Part shown: positions 9,363 to 22,706 of the stretch, piece by piece
Position numbering within the stretch: the first letter of the stretch is position 1
Layout: each line of letters begins with the position of its first letter
Source of the DNA: Naegleria gruberi
Lineage: Eukaryota
Assembly (NCBI GenBank): GCA_000004985.1
Contig: GG738877.1
Strand: one strand, 5' to 3'
DNA length: 64,000 nt
Made by a program: the position numbers and the translations under genes
Notes under the pieces: model-generated
What the model saw: only the letters and a program-made list of their open reading frames with translations
Database searches by the model: none
Told to the model about the DNA's origin: nothing

Positions 9363-12300
9363 ATGGACGAACAATTCAAATCATCATTGGAAAGGGCTAT
9401 TCTTTCGCAAACAGATGCGACAGCAAACCAAGCTGTAAAACAGGATGCTTTTAATTATTGCGAGCAATTAAAACAAAGAGAGGATATTTGGAAGATATGT
9501 CTTCAATTTGTCTTGGAATCAAAGTATGATCAAGTAAAATTATGGTGCTTTGGAATATTGGCAAGTTTTATTACGGAAAGGTATGTTTTATTATTGAAGG
9601 CTTGATTTTTAACCTAGGCTTTGGAAAACAACGACAATAACAACAATATTAGGTCTCAATTCTTGACCGATCAAGACAAGGATACTATAAAACAAGCCTT
9701 GATGCACTGGTTTGTAAATATTCTAACACCAAGAACAGAAGCTTTTATCAGAAACAAGTTTTGTGAAGCATTAATTGCAATCTTTAGAATTGAGTATTAT
9801 GCTCGTTGGCCAACATTCTTCAAGGATTTATTTTCTATTCTTTCAAATTCACCAAGTGAATTAATGATTGATATGTATCTCAGAATACTAGACACTATTG
9901 ACTTTGAATTTGTTGCTAGATTTGTTGAAAGATCGGAAGTTAATCACAAAAGGGCTATTGAAATTGTAAGTTTGAATTCATCACTAAATTTGTTAATAAT
10001 TTGAAATAGAAAGATGCAATGCGTGAAGACTGTATTCCACAAGTTATAGGCACTTTTTACACTATTTTGACAGCTAAACATGTTGTTTTATCAAATAATT
10101 GTCTTAACACTATGTCAAATTATATTGATTGGATAGATATTAATCTTGTGACAACTGAACAATTTGTTCAACTCTATTATCAATTTTTAAACACAGCAGA
10201 ATTTAGAACTAAGGCTTGTGAGTGTTTATGTGTATTGGTAGAAAAGGGTATGAATGACAATGACAAACTCAAATTAATCACTTCTCTTCAAATTCCACAA
10301 ATTTTAATGAACATGGTAGTTGACAGCTCCAAAGATGATGTCTTTGCAGAGGCAGTTTCTACTTTAGCTGCTGCAGTAGCTAATCAACTCTTGGAAATAT
10401 CCTCAAGACCAAATCAAGAAATGTTTCTTGCCACAACAGCTTCCAAACTTTTACAAGATATTCTTCCATTCATCTTGTCATTGTTTGCTGATCAATACGA
10501 CCAAGTTTCTTCCTCAGCATCTAATTTCTTAAATGATTTCATTTCAGTCATTAAGAAATCCAAATCCCCTCATCCGGAATCACTTCCAGCACAACTTCAA
10601 AATATGCTTACAACCATTCAAAATAAGGCTAAATATACTGAAGATTTCGATTTTGATCCATCCCAACGTGACGATTATGAAAATGGATTTTTAGAATATA
10701 GAAGAGAACTCTTTGTTTTGTTTAAGAATATTGGAGTTATTGCTCCAGATTTGGTAAAACAATATGTTCAAGCATTGACAAAACACGTTGTTACAAATGT
10801 TACTAATTTGGGTTTTGCAGATGTTGAAGTTTGTCTCACTTTACTCTTTTTATCTGCAGAAATTTTCTCAGATTTGCTCAAGTCAAATAAGGAGGACAAT
10901 ATTTTCCTTCCATTAATTTTAGATATTGTCACAAATAATATTTCCTCTTATCCACACTCCTCTGTTCAACTTGCCTACTTTGAACTTCTTTCCAGATTTG
11001 CTCCTCTTGTTCCAAGATTCCCAGATGAAGTTATTACTTCTATGCTTCAATCATTTGTTGATCAAAGAGGTTTGAGAAATAACAATGAACAAGTTCAAAG
11101 TAGAGCCAAATTTTTATTGGCCAAATTCATCAAACCTCTCAGGGATAGATTGAGTGGATTCGTGGAACCATTGTACACTTTTGTAAAAGATATTATACAA
11201 GTCAACTTACCAACAGATGAGGAATTGACTGAGAACGACTCCACTAGTGACAAATTCTTTTTATATGAGGCTATTGGATTTTTATTAGCCTGCCAAAATA
11301 TTAAAACAGAAACTAGACACAAGATTTTCCAAGAAATTTTCATTCCATTTTCCAAGAATATTGAAGATGTTTTAAATCAAAAGCTTTATCTTTCAGATAC
11401 TCCCGATAAACCAAGATTCAAGAAGTACATTAGTACAATGATTCGTGCTGCAGCTATTTTGAGCAAGGGGTTCGATGACAATTCTAATAAGGCACACATC
11501 AAGGATTCAGTGGTATTTTTCAAACATTTCCTCGCTTTGGTTACCAGAGTGCATTCAGAAATTCCTAAAAATAAGGAAATTCAATCCAATGTTATTCTTT
11601 ACTACCACAGAATGATTGTTTTAATGGACGCTGAACTTTTAGAAATAATTCCAGGTACACTTTCCCATCTCTATCAAACCTGTACTGAAATTAGTCAAAT
11701 GAAAGATATTCTTATCCTTTTAGGTCAATTAATGCAAAAGCACAAAGAAAAAGTGAATGGGCTCATCAATGAACTCTTGACACCAACATTAACCAAAATT
11801 TATCAAATGATAAATAATGGTGTCTATGACTACTCATTGAATAGCAGCAGTGAAGAAATTAGAGAAATTGCTGACTTGCATAAGAATTACTTTACATTCA
11901 TTCACACAATATTGGCTAATAATTTGAGTCCTGTATTAATCTCTGATGCTAACAGACATTTATTCAATTCAGTCTTGGAGACTGTTTTTAAGGGTTGCCA
12001 ACACTTGTCTGTTCATCACAAAAAATCAGCTCTGTTATGCATTGAATCATTTGCCAATTCATATGCCAACAATTTAGGAAAAGAGTTTAACGAGTATATA
12101 ATTTCTAATGCAGTTATGGAGACTTTCCAAATGTTACTCAGTCCTGATTTTGATATTAGTGATGGAGCTTCTTTCAATGTTATTGTTGGAGTTTGTCAAG
12201 TTTACTCTGTTTTTGTTCAAAAGTTTGGTCCAGAATTTTTGAATTATTTAGCCAATAATTTCTTACCTCGAGTTCCTCTCTCTGTGGATGAAATTCAAAA

Positions 12301-12409
12301 CTTTTGTCTTACTCTTCAAGATATTCATGTAAATAAGGTGAATGGTTTTGAAAGATTCAAACAATCTTTCTTCAATTTAATTCAATCAAGAAAGACTAAG
12401 AAGAAGTAA
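9363..12409 (+). CDS. XPOT: Exportin-T (tRNA exportin, Los1/XPOT). Three exons: 9363..9580, 9653..9965, 10010..12409.
   Basis: The N-terminus MDEQFKSSLERAILS...AFNYCEQLK...IWKICLQF aligns with human XPOT MDEQALLGLNP...ALAYFEQLK. AFIRNKFCEALIAIF...WPTFFKDLFSIL...DMYLRILDTIDFEFV and KDAMREDCIPQVIGTFYTIL also match my recollection of XPOT. The 72-nt intron 1 removes an N-rich segment; the 44-nt intron 2 has a gtaagt donor. Confidence 0.8.
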
Positions 12410-12472
12410 ATTTTGAAATTCTTTTGCAATTCACTTTTATTATTAATAGCAAGGCAAACCCTTATTAAAAAA

Positions 12473-15273
12473 ATGGATAAATTTGACTTTGGGGTTGTCA
12501 TTGAGAAGGCAAAACAGTTTGGTGTTGCTCTTGCAGAGGGAGAACTTCAAACAACAAAGAATTTGGAAAATGTTAGTTCGGAAATCCATAATATTCAATC
12601 AAAGAATACATTACTACATAATCAAATTACAACTCTCTGTTCCGCACAAGTAGAAGAAGCACAAATTGCTTTAGGCTTAATTAATTCATCACAAGTTGTT
12701 TTGAAGGAAGTTAAAAAAGAGTAAGTATGAAACATCTTTGAAATCAAGATCATTGTTAAAATCTAGATTTTCAGGATTAAAAGAAAAGGCAAAGAAAGGA
12801 CAAGAAATTATTAGACGTTATTCAACAATTAGACAAGCTTTTACAACCCTTAATACCCTAGGGAAAACAAGAGAGTGGATTGCCAGATTACTTCACTTGA
12901 AGAAGGAAATTGCGGAAATTAAGTCAATTCTAAAATCACAAATTGAAGAGTTTGGAGATGAAGAAAATGAGGAAGAGGAAGAAGAGGAGGAAGAAGACGA
13001 ATTTGGAGATATTGATTTATCAGTTTATGGATTTGATGATTCTGGTATTGATGGAGACTCTCATAATATTCTTATCGTGATTTATGAAAGATTATGTGGA
13101 TTGGAAGAATTTAGAATGAAAGTGTTGGAAGAGACTTCAGATAACCAAGGAATCAAGAATGTTTTTATGAGTTATTTGGCAGTTATAGATTCTGCATCCA
13201 GACTATTCTCAAAGACCTTGGAAAAACATTTTGATCATGCTGTTGGATTGTCAAGTGAGGAACCAGAAAAATTAATGCAGGCAATAAGAATTATGGAAAG
13301 AGAAGAGAAGAAGAAGAGTTTGGTTGATGCTGGCCTTAATCTAGGAGATGAGGACGAGGGTATTACTATGTATTCATATAAGAATTATAGACAAATGTTT
13401 AGTGACTCTCTGCAACGATACATCAGAAATACCCTTCGATATGAAGTTCAGAATGATGAAAATGTGGAGGAAATTACTTCTAAAATGTATAATTTAATTG
13501 AAGGAGAAATGGAAATTATTGAAAGAAATATGGTTCCTTGTTTCCCATCAAAGTACAAAATTATTGAAACCTGTATTTATTACTTTGACACTGAAGTGAG
13601 GTCAATTCTTGGAGAATTCATACATGAAGATGCAGACAATATTACAAGAGCTCAAATACGTAAGTTTTTATTAGTATCAAAAGAGTAACAAATCTGTAAT
13701 ATAGTTGCTTGGCTCGGTAATTATCCTAAAGTTTACGAAATCTACAATGATGATTTGGAAAATGTTAAAATTGATTATAGTGCATTAATAATGGATCTTC
13801 AGTCAACAATTAATATTACCTTCTTTGTAAGTTTGTTATTAGAACATTGTTGACCCTTGATTTTAAGAATTCCTTATTAGAATGGAGAGAGAAATTGGTT
13901 AACAACCTTTTCAACACAATTAAGAAAGACTCTAGTGATGAAAAAGGTTTTCTAATACAGGATGATATGCTGTACACATATGGACCAATAGATTTTTTCA
14001 GTTTCTTAGATCAGGCATTCAGATCGATTGCAGAATGTGGAATTATTCCTGTACGTAGTTTTGTAATTTTTGATTTGGAAAACAATTATTTGAAAAGCTC
14101 ATGCAACAAGTTATTTTGAATATCAGACAAACATTGTCTGACTATGCTGCAACACTTCTTGATGGTGTTAAAAGTAAGTAGATGTGATTTTATAGAATTT
14201 ACAAAAGTGTTAAAGAACATGTTGATAAGATTACAATCAAAAGATTGATAGCTCTAACAAACGACTGTTCGAAATGTATCCTATTCACCAATGATTTGCA
14301 AGAACAAATTATTGAGGCATTGCCTTCTGTAAAATTATCAGAAATTACAATGGAAGAAGTCACTCTAGGATTCACAAATCTTTCAAAAGAGTTGATGAAT
14401 CTTATTTGTAATGTATTCATATCTAAATCTTCACCACTATTAGAAAAGCTGTTTACAAAGGATTGGTATGTCAACAAAGGAGAGAGAACCTGTGTTACTG
14501 ATGCTCTTTCATTGATGCAAGATGATATCCAGCTCCCAATTGACTACATGGAATGGGAAAATGTCGTTACAATTGTTACCACCGTTTTTAATGATTTTGT
14601 ACAAAAGTATTTTGATGCATTCATGACAAGGAAGTTTGTTTTATCAGAGGCAGAAAGAGAGATTGTGATCAGTGAGGTTCATGCTAGTGAAGAGTTTTTA
14701 CCTCCTGAAGATGATCATGATTGGGTATCAGGAATCCTCAAACCATTAAGAATGTTATTGGATGTTTTTAGTACCATTGATGATGAAGATCTTTTACAAT
14801 GCATGTCAGACTCAACAAGCACATTCCCAGACCTTGGTGAAATTGTATTTGACACCTTAATTAGAAAGTCTGGTTTTTCAAAGGAAGCTACTGAGCTGTA
14901 TCTTTCAACTTGTGCAAGCTTTTTTAAAACCAAAAGCAAACTCAACCAAGGTAAAAACACAAAGAAATCAATCTTTGGAGCTTACAACCCAGTTGAAAAA
15001 CCAATTGAAAAAGTCGATCCAAAGAAGAAAGCTCCAGAAAAGAAGAAAAAGAAGAAACTTTTGGACAAAATGTTCTCTTCTGAGGCTCCACAACCAGTTA
15101 GTTTGAGTTTGTCTGGCTCAGTTGACATGGATGATGAAATTGAGGAAAAGAACGAAATTCCAAAGAAACCTGAACCAACCAACACTGGCTCAACAAGCTC
15201 TTCCAACCCTAAAACCAAAAAAGACAAAGTACAAGAGATGAATTTAATGGATTTCCTTGGAGATGACGATTAA
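12473..15273 (+). CDS. EXOC3: Exocyst complex component Sec6 (EXOC3) with a long K/E-rich C-terminal tail. About six exons: 12473..12720, 12767..13659, 13705..13826, 13868..14050, 14098..14173, 14252..15273.
   Basis: LMQAIRIMEREEKKKSL aligns with VVRIIEREEK of EXOC3. IERNMVPCFPSKYKIIETCIYYF aligns with VAKNLMVQCFPPHYEIFKNLL. Introns are 42-78 nt with gtaagt/gtacgt donors. The gene starts only 64 nt after the exportin-T stop. Confidence 0.75.
12958..13000. repeat. GAA/GAG purine-rich run encoding an acidic poly-E tract in Sec6.
   Basis: gaagaaaatgaggaagaggaagaagaggaggaagaagacgaa encodes EENEEEEEEEEEDE. Confidence 0.7.
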
Positions 15274-15319
15274 TCAAATGTACAGTTAAATTAAGGTTTA
15301 TTAAAAAGACAGTTAGTGA

Positions 15320-16818
15320 TTAGTTTTTGTCAGTTAGTTTTTCAGCTAGGATTTTTTCAATCCAATAAATCCATTTATCAACACACCCTTTCACATCTTC
15401 AATAATATAATCTCTACCAGGTGTCTTGATAATCATGTCTTTGTCGGATTTCTTCACGAGCTTGACAGATTTTGAAAGGGGAATAAAACCCTTGCAAACT
15501 CTTGCATCAAAGTCTATGTACATAAGTCTTGGAAAATCAGTTAGAATGAGTTGTCTCTTCTTGGCAGTTAATTTTCTTCGCTTAACTACCTTTCTTGTGT
15601 ATACAACAGACTCGTTTTTGAGTAAAAATAGTGAGTATTTCTCATTGAGCTTCTCAACAATAAATGGATTCAGTTCATCGAATTCATCTTGCTTATCTTC
15701 AATTTCCAAACTATCTAAATTAGCGAAAGGAACAATGCTTGGAGGTGTTTGATTTTTCAAATTCGAAAAATCAATTCCTTCAAAGAATGGATGAGCCTTC
15801 AATTGTTTGTAACCATCTGAACCAACACCCAATCTTTGAGTAGCATCCAATTGAATCAATTTGTCAACTAAATCTCTAGCGACATAAGGGAATTCAGGTG
15901 GATATTCAAACTCTCTTTTCAGGATCTTTTGGAAAATTAGATATTCAGAATCAGCTTTAAATGGATGAGCTGCAGTTAGTAATTGATAAATAATACAGCC
16001 AAGAGCCCACAAATCAGCTCCTTCATTACATTCTTCATCTTTTAATATTTCTGGTGAAACGTATTGTACAGTACCACAAAATGTTCCCTTTTTACTCTTG
16101 AGTGGCGAATCTCCAACCATCACTTCTTCTTCTTCTGCCTTTTGAATTTTAGCTGTTCCGAAATCAGTAATTTTTACATGCATATCTTTGCTCAGGATGA
16201 TATTCTCAGGCTAAATGATAACAATATGAATATTATTTTAAAACAATGTAAAACAACATACCTTGAGGTCTCTGTGTATTATTCCAAGAGTGTGCATATA
16301 TTCCATGGCATTAACAATTTCGGCTGTGTAAAATTGGGAAGCTTCTAAAGAGAATGGTCCATAATTCTTAATATATGAATAAAGTTCGCCTCCGGGAGCA
16401 AGTTCTAAAGCAAAATCTATTCATCACAAATTCATAATATTAATAATAATAAGTATGTTAGTAATGATGATGATAATAACTTACATAAATGATTGGCATC
16501 TTGGAATGTACAGAATAATTTAATGATGTTATCGTGATCCATCATATTCAGAACTTGTTTTTCCATCTTGACAGTCTTGGTCTTATTCTCCTTCAGAATA
16601 AGTTGCTTCTTGATGATTTTGAGAGCATACTTCTTTCCTGTTGGTTTAAAAGTTGAAATGACAACTCTACTATATGCTCCTTCACCTATTTGTTCTCCCA
16701 TTTCAAAATCCTCTACACTATAGGATTTTCTCTGTGGTTCGCCTCCAACAGAGTGTCTATGTAGTTGGCTATTAACGGCCGTGCTTGTGCTCGTCGTGGA
16801 GGCTACTATAAGACTCAT
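15320..16818 (-). CDS. PDPK1: 3-phosphoinositide-dependent protein kinase 1 (PDK1): kinase domain plus C-terminal PH domain. Three exons on the minus strand: 16818..16485, 16416..16262, 16210..15320.
   Basis: GEGAYSRVV, YALKII and FCTFQDANHL|YFALELAPGGELYSYIKNYG...IIHRDLK|PENIILSKDMHVKITDFGTAKI are present. GTFCGTVQYVSPEIL is the T-loop. The C-terminal PH-like region reads YTRKVVKRRKLTAKKRQLILTDFPRLMYID...WIYWIE. Introns are 68 and 51 nt. Confidence 0.85.
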
Positions 16819-17977
16819 TTTTTCTTCCGCACAATTATACTATTTCTTTTCTTTGTGATTGGTTATTGTTTTTCAATCGAGTTGCCAAGTGTAGAATGTT
16901 CTTCTTATCTTGAAGAGAAAACTTCTTGTTCTACTACTGAATTATGTAAGGATTAATTCTCAACAACAAACACAGTGTTTGAGGTTTGTTGTTTGTTTTT
17001 TTGAGCTTTAAAATGAACCAACGACAAATTGAGAAAGTCGAGAGTTCAGATTAGAAATTCACTGGTCACAGTGAGGAATGAGGCAATATATTTGGCAAAT
17101 TGTTGGAAAAAGCTCCAATAATAAATTGCTCTGTCTTTAGAGGCACACGTATATAAAAGATAAGACACTTGAACAGTAAATGTTTAAATGTCTTAAACGG
17201 TTCCTGCAAGATAACAATAAGGGCGGTAAAACTCTTGTAAAAATCTTTCACTGAAAATGTTGTTGTACAGTATCAGAGAGGGTGACAATGATCTTGGACA
17301 CGTATTATTATTCAGCAAAAACGATTTGCTTGGGCAGTACTGCTTGTTGGTTGGTTGGCAGTAGAGAAAGAATTCTTTCACGTGTTGGATGTTTTTTTAG
17401 GTTTGTTTCCTTAATATTGACCGATCCAAACAACTATTAAAGCCATTCATGATGTATACGCAGTGCACAGAATAAATCAACATCACTATAGATTGTGAAG
17501 AGAGTTATTTCGTATTCAGTGGATTCGGTTGAATACATTGATGGATCTCCATTCAATGCCTCGCAGGAGGCTTTAGAGACAAGAAGGAAAGAACACAATT
17601 GATACGGTTTAATAGAGTCAATTGAGGGTATTAACCTTTCAATAATTTTGACAGTTTGATAGAGAGAAAATATCTACTAGGAACTTGTTCCAAATATTAG
17701 AGAGATGAATGTTTATTATTTCACAAAATGACAGATTGTGATGTATATACTTGATCTCTCTTGACAATTCCATCCGTGTTGTATGAGCGGGGATGAGATT
17801 GGATATTGAAGGTAATAGGAGTCAGTTTTTGGAAATCCCTTTTTGAATTTTTACAACGTATCAATTTTGTAACTTTTAATTATTAAGCAACAGTTTAATT
17901 AAGATCAATAGTAATATATTCTTGTTTTACAGAAATGCAAATCTAATTCTTCCAACTGTTGGTTAACAATCAAAAAA
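16819..17977. promoter_or_regulatory. ORF-free divergent intergenic region (about 1.16 kb) between PDK1 (minus) and DcpS (plus). It has a TATA-like tatataaaag and is locally GC-richer.
   Basis: No ORF of 60 aa or more on either strand. The flanking starts diverge. Nothing else visible here explains its size. Confidence 0.4.
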
Positions 17978-18957
17978 ATGAGTGAAAATCGTGGCCTCCC
18001 ATTTTCTCTCGCCAACGATTTTCAAGTTGAAAGGATTCTTGGTTATGACGCAAAACAAAAATTAATTGTCTTGTTGGGAAATGTAAATTCTGTGCGTACG
18101 ATTGTTCTGATGGAAAAGACACAATTTCCAATCGATTCCCATGAAATTATTCAAGATTGGATGAGTTTAGTGGGAGAGCCTTCGGGATTAGGATTGCAAC
18201 AAGTGATTGGAAATGATAAATATTACATGCTCAATCTTCCAGTGAGAGCTTCCGATGATTTTAATTTAATTAAATCAACCATGTATGTTTTTGGATGATT
18301 AATGTGGAATTAAAACATAATAGAATTTATCCTGCTGATGAGAGTGACATTCAAAAGTATTCAATTGAAAATTATGTTTTAATTCAGGAAACACCACTTA
18401 TTTTCAATACAATCACAAAACCTTACATTGATAATATACCAAAGGAGCAATTGAAATGGGTTGATAACTTGCTAGCAAAGGAGAGTGAGGTGGAACATTT
18501 AATTTTTGAAGATACAGAGTCTGATGAGGATTTACGGTTCATGCTTCATCCAGATATGAAGTTTGACAAGGTTGATAGAAATCAATTATACTGTATTGCT
18601 TTCTGCTTTAACCCTGAAACCAAAAGTTTACGAGATTTAAGTACTGAAAGACATTTATTAATGCTAAAGAATATTCGAGATAAGGGATGTGATGTCATTT
18701 TGAAAGAATTTGGAGTGAAGAGAGAAAAACTGAGAATTTTCGTACATTACTGGCCTTCATTCTTCAAATTCCATGTCCATTTCACAAACATAGATAACGT
18801 AAATGTGAATAATGCTGTGGAGAGGGCTCATTTATTGGATGACATAATTGAAAATATGGAACTTTTTGGATTGGATTATTATCAAAAGAAAACGTTAACT
18901 GTTGCATTGAAAAAATCGCACAAACTTTATCCCAAGCTCAGTTCAGATAAAGAATAG
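17978..18957 (+). CDS. DCPS: Scavenger mRNA decapping enzyme DcpS (m7GpppX diphosphatase, HIT family). Two exons: 17978..18282, 18324..18957.
   Basis: NLIKST|IIYPADESDIQKY aligns with human IKATVIYPATEKHLQKY. IFNTITKPYIDNIPKEQLKWVDNLL is present. The HIT motif is YWPSFFKFHVHFT (human YLPSYYHLHVHFT). ERAHLLDDIIENMEL is also present. The intron is 41 nt with gtatgt...tag ends. Confidence 0.85.
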
Positions 18958-18961
18958 TTTA

Positions 18962-21451
18962 TTACCTTTCCTCTACTTTCCATTCCTCATAGTATTTCAG
19001 CTGGGATGGCTTTAGAGATGGAGAAATCATTTGAAGAGCCTTTTCAAAATCTTCCACCCTTATAGAGCCTTTTTCATCATTATTCGATAATATTGTTCTT
19101 GAGAGAGCATTCAAACCAGCTCTTTGACAAATATTTGAAATATCAGCACCTGAATAGAATTTTTCAGTATTTTCCACAAAATTTCCTATTCTTTCAATTA
19201 CATCACTATCCACTCTCATACCCTTAATGGACATTTCAAAAATAGACTTTCTAGCTTCTCTATCTGGAGGACCAACATAGAGTGTATGCTCAATTCTTCC
19301 AGTTCTTAGTACAGTTGGATCTAATTTATGTGGTACGTTTGTGGCTGCAATCACAATAACACAACCTTTCGATTGACTTGAATTATCATTTGAAAATTCT
19401 GCACTTTCCAAAGAGTCTAGCTCCAAAATTAGTTGAGAAATTAAACGTTGTTCTCCACTAGAGGAATCCATTCTGTCACCAAAAATGGCTTGAATTTCAT
19501 CAAAGAAAATGACACAAGGACTTGCCAATTTGGCTCTCCTAAAAACTTCTGCTAGGGTTTTCTCAGATTCACCAACTTCTGCTTTGATAAGATCTGGAAT
19601 ATTTATGGAAATGAAGTTAGAACTAGATGCCGTGGCAACAGCTTTTGCAATTCTGATGAAATAAGAATAATTCAAACAAAAATCAATAGTACTTACAAAG
19701 TCTTACCATTACCTGGTGGTCCATAGAGCAGCAGACCAGTAGGTGGCTTAATTCCCATTCTTATGTATGACTCGAAATGTTTTAGTGGCCAAACAATCAT
19801 CTCATTCAGTTTTTTCTTCACCTCATAAAGACCACCAATATCTTCCCAATTAACCTTTGGTATTTGAGGAATGGTGAGAGTTTGCGAAGCTTGTCTGATT
19901 GAATACGGTTCAATTTCTTTCAATTCCTCCATAATTTCAACTCTTTGTATTGACAATTTATCACCTCCACTCTTCAGACGATTAATATTGGCTCTATGTA
20001 CGCATTTAGCACAAACCATAGCAATGTCTGCTTGTACCATACCATGGAAATGGTTGTAGCTGATATCCTTCAAGCAACCATCTACGTCTCCATAAGTTTT
20101 TGAATCAGCTTCACTCATTTGAATGGTGATTGGTTTGGTATTAAGTAATAATGATTTAAATATTTCGAAACGTTCATCATTACTTGGAACATCAATGGTA
20201 ATATGCTCTTCAAACTTTTGTTTTACAAATGAATCTAATCTATCCGCATGACTTGTAATACCAATCAAACAAATAGGATATCGTGACATTTCCAAATTAT
20301 GGAACACTGAAACAAGTTGGTTAATTAACAATAAGTCTTTTGATTCTTCATCATCTGGAAACAGAATATCAATCTCATCAATTACAACTATTAATTATTT
20401 TAGGTTTTCAGTAGAAATATTATAGCACTTACACAAACATGGGTAGAGGCTTTCAGCTTCTTTCATTTGGGTTTCTAAATTGAAAACTCCTTCCTCCTCT
20501 TGATATATTTTCTCGTAGAGAGATGATGGAGAAAGTTTCTTAATATTAACATTCAAGTCTTTAGCAATATTGAAAATGAGTGAACTCTTTCCATTTCCTC
20601 CAGCTCCACTGATTAGAAAACTCCTAATTGGATTAATTCCAGCTAATCCACTAACTGAATGTTTAATGATGGAAAGTATGGTATTATACTGCTCTCCTTT
20701 CCAATAATTATTTTCTTTCAAACTCTCAGTATTCAGTTTATCAAAATCAAATATTATTCTCGTATTTTTAATTGAAATCCTTCCCCATTCATTGGATTCT
20801 GATTTATAATATTTAAAGAATATTTTAAAGTGGATGAAATCTGTTGTGTCAGGGTTGAAAACATCAATTGGTATAGAAATTATTGATGCATTCTTTACAA
20901 AACACATTTGTGTTAAAAATTCTTTGACGTCTGTCTTGTTAAATCCACAAATTCATAGAATACCTACAATTTTTGTTCAAATTGACAATTTTCTCAGATC
21001 CTCCTTCAAAATGAGGTGTCAAAATGATCCTCTGAATTTTATCAATTTCACTCTTTAATCCAATTTTAACAATTTCCAACTTGGTTCCTTCAGTAAATTT
21101 AAACTTCCTCATTGCAATTTCATTCATATATAATTCCTTGTCCACACTCTCGGATTTAAAATTCGATTTCAAAAGACCCAATGATGGATCAATATATAAC
21201 TTGAACACCAATTCTTCCTTTTCATCATCATGATTAATTTCTTTAATTTTAATAAATAATTGTTTGTGATGGTGCACATTTTGTGCTGGTGATTCAGATG
21301 ATGATTTGGAAAATATATTCAAAATTCTGGCAACAGCAGGAGAGATGATGACTGTGAAAATATCGGATACTTTGTGTTTTCCAACCAATTCTCTTTTTCG
21401 TTTTGTTAATTGAGAGGGATAGTATCGGAGTGAATAGCTTTCTTGTTGCAT
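18962..21451 (-). CDS. Type-II AAA+ ATPase with a degenerate D1 ring and a conserved D2 ring, PEX1/PEX6/AFG2-like. At least four exons; ORF blocks are 21451..~20970, ~20930..20395, 20331..19693 and 19675..18962, with boundaries approximate.
   Basis: D1 has GAGGNGKSS in place of a canonical Walker A. D2 has GPPGNGKTL, DEIQAIF, ATNVPHKLDPTVLRTGRIE and a SRH-like region. An N-terminal domain precedes the two rings. The stop is at 18962. The start facing the F-box gene is the ATG MQQESYSLRYYPSQ at 21451. Confidence 0.6.
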
Positions 21452-21592
21452 TTTTTTGATACAAACAAAAAGTGAATTATTCACTAAAACAATGAATTTG
21501 CTATATTCACTTTATTAAATTGAGAATATTTTGAAACAAATTATTGAAGAACAAAAATTGAACTTTGAAATCAAATAAATGATTGTAAAAAA

Positions 21593-22677
21593 ATGTCTTT
21601 ACTTGAATTACCAACCGAGTTGTTGATTCACATTATAAACTTTCTTCTTCCAATGCCATCTGCTAGTTTTCCCTATTTATTAATGAAAAATTCTATTAAA
21701 CAAATGGCAATATTGCAGTCAGTGAATTCAAAGATTCTTTCGGAACGAATTTCTGATTTCACAAATGAATTTTGGTGGAATTTGATAGAATGTGAATGTG
21801 GAATCCGATTGGATGTACAAAAAGAAAAACAATTACTAATCAATAACAAACAAATGAAGAGGAAATGTTTACTTTTTCTTAGGATTCGACAGTTGGCAAG
21901 ATTAAAAAAGAAAGCACAAGTTACCAAGGAATTGGATATTCACAACAGAAAACAAGATATTCTCATTCTTGTATTTGGAAATGGTTTGTAATCATATGTG
22001 TATTCATAAATTCTCAAAAAAACAAATAGATGGAGCAAGTGGACAATCAAATATGGTTGAAAATTATATTTACAATAATTTCCAAATGTCGTATGATCCC
22101 ACAGTGGAAGATACGTTCATAAAAATAGTGGAAATGGATAGTGTAAAGTATGTGTTAGAGATTGTTGATTTAGGTAGGTGGAATAAATTATTTCGATAAA
22201 CATCTGATTTATTAAGCAACTTCTGGATCTTTGAGGGACTTGCAGAATGCTCAGAATGAAATTCGATCAACAAATTCTTTCATTCTCCTTTCAAGCTTGA
22301 GTTTGGACATTCAGCAGTGTGATTCAGATTATAAAAAGTGGATGGAGCAGATCAAGTCAACCAAGCAAAACATATCTGCTTGTCCCTTAATAGTACTCAT
22401 TAAGAACGAGGCCAACGTTGAACAAAAAAGTACAATATCACAATGGGTTAATTTCTTTAGTCCACTTTTTCAATCTCTTTCAATGAATAATTATTGTTTC
22501 ATGGAAATGAAAACAAGAAAAGATGTTCCACTTGTGTTTTTAGAGTGTGCCAGAAGAGTTATCAATGCTCGGGATTTTGATTTGCCATCGGTCATACAAG
22601 AATTGAAAGATGTTATCAAGAATGATTCTCTACTTTTAAACCCATCTACCAATAAGTCACGATGTGTACTAAATTGA
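21593..22677 (+). CDS. F-box-like N-terminus fused to a divergent Ras-family GTPase fold with mutated G1, G3 and G4 motifs; probably a pseudo-GTPase. Three exons: 21593..21983, 22030..22173, 22217..22677.
   Basis: MSLLELPTELLIHIINFLL is an F-box signature. ILILVFGNG|DGASGQSN stands where Ras has GxxxxGKS, so K is replaced by Q. YDPTVEDTF matches the switch I/effector region YDPTIEDSY. EIVDL|ATSG replaces DTAGQE, with no catalytic Gln. CPLIVLIKNE replaces VLVGNKCD. Overall colinearity with H-Ras is retained. Confidence 0.6.
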
Positions 22678-22706
22678 AAATAGTATTCAAGGTAAAAAAC
22701 TAAAAT

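Noticed and set aside
9621-12724. Track ORF starts at 9621, 12413, 12738, 13847, 14245, 18295, 54038, 51392 and 41203 taken as initiation codons
   Set aside because: Inspection shows these 'M' residues are TTG, GTG or CTG codons in the track's translation. They are internal exon sequence or upstream read-through, not ATG starts. Real starts and exon boundaries were re-derived from ATG positions and splice consensus.
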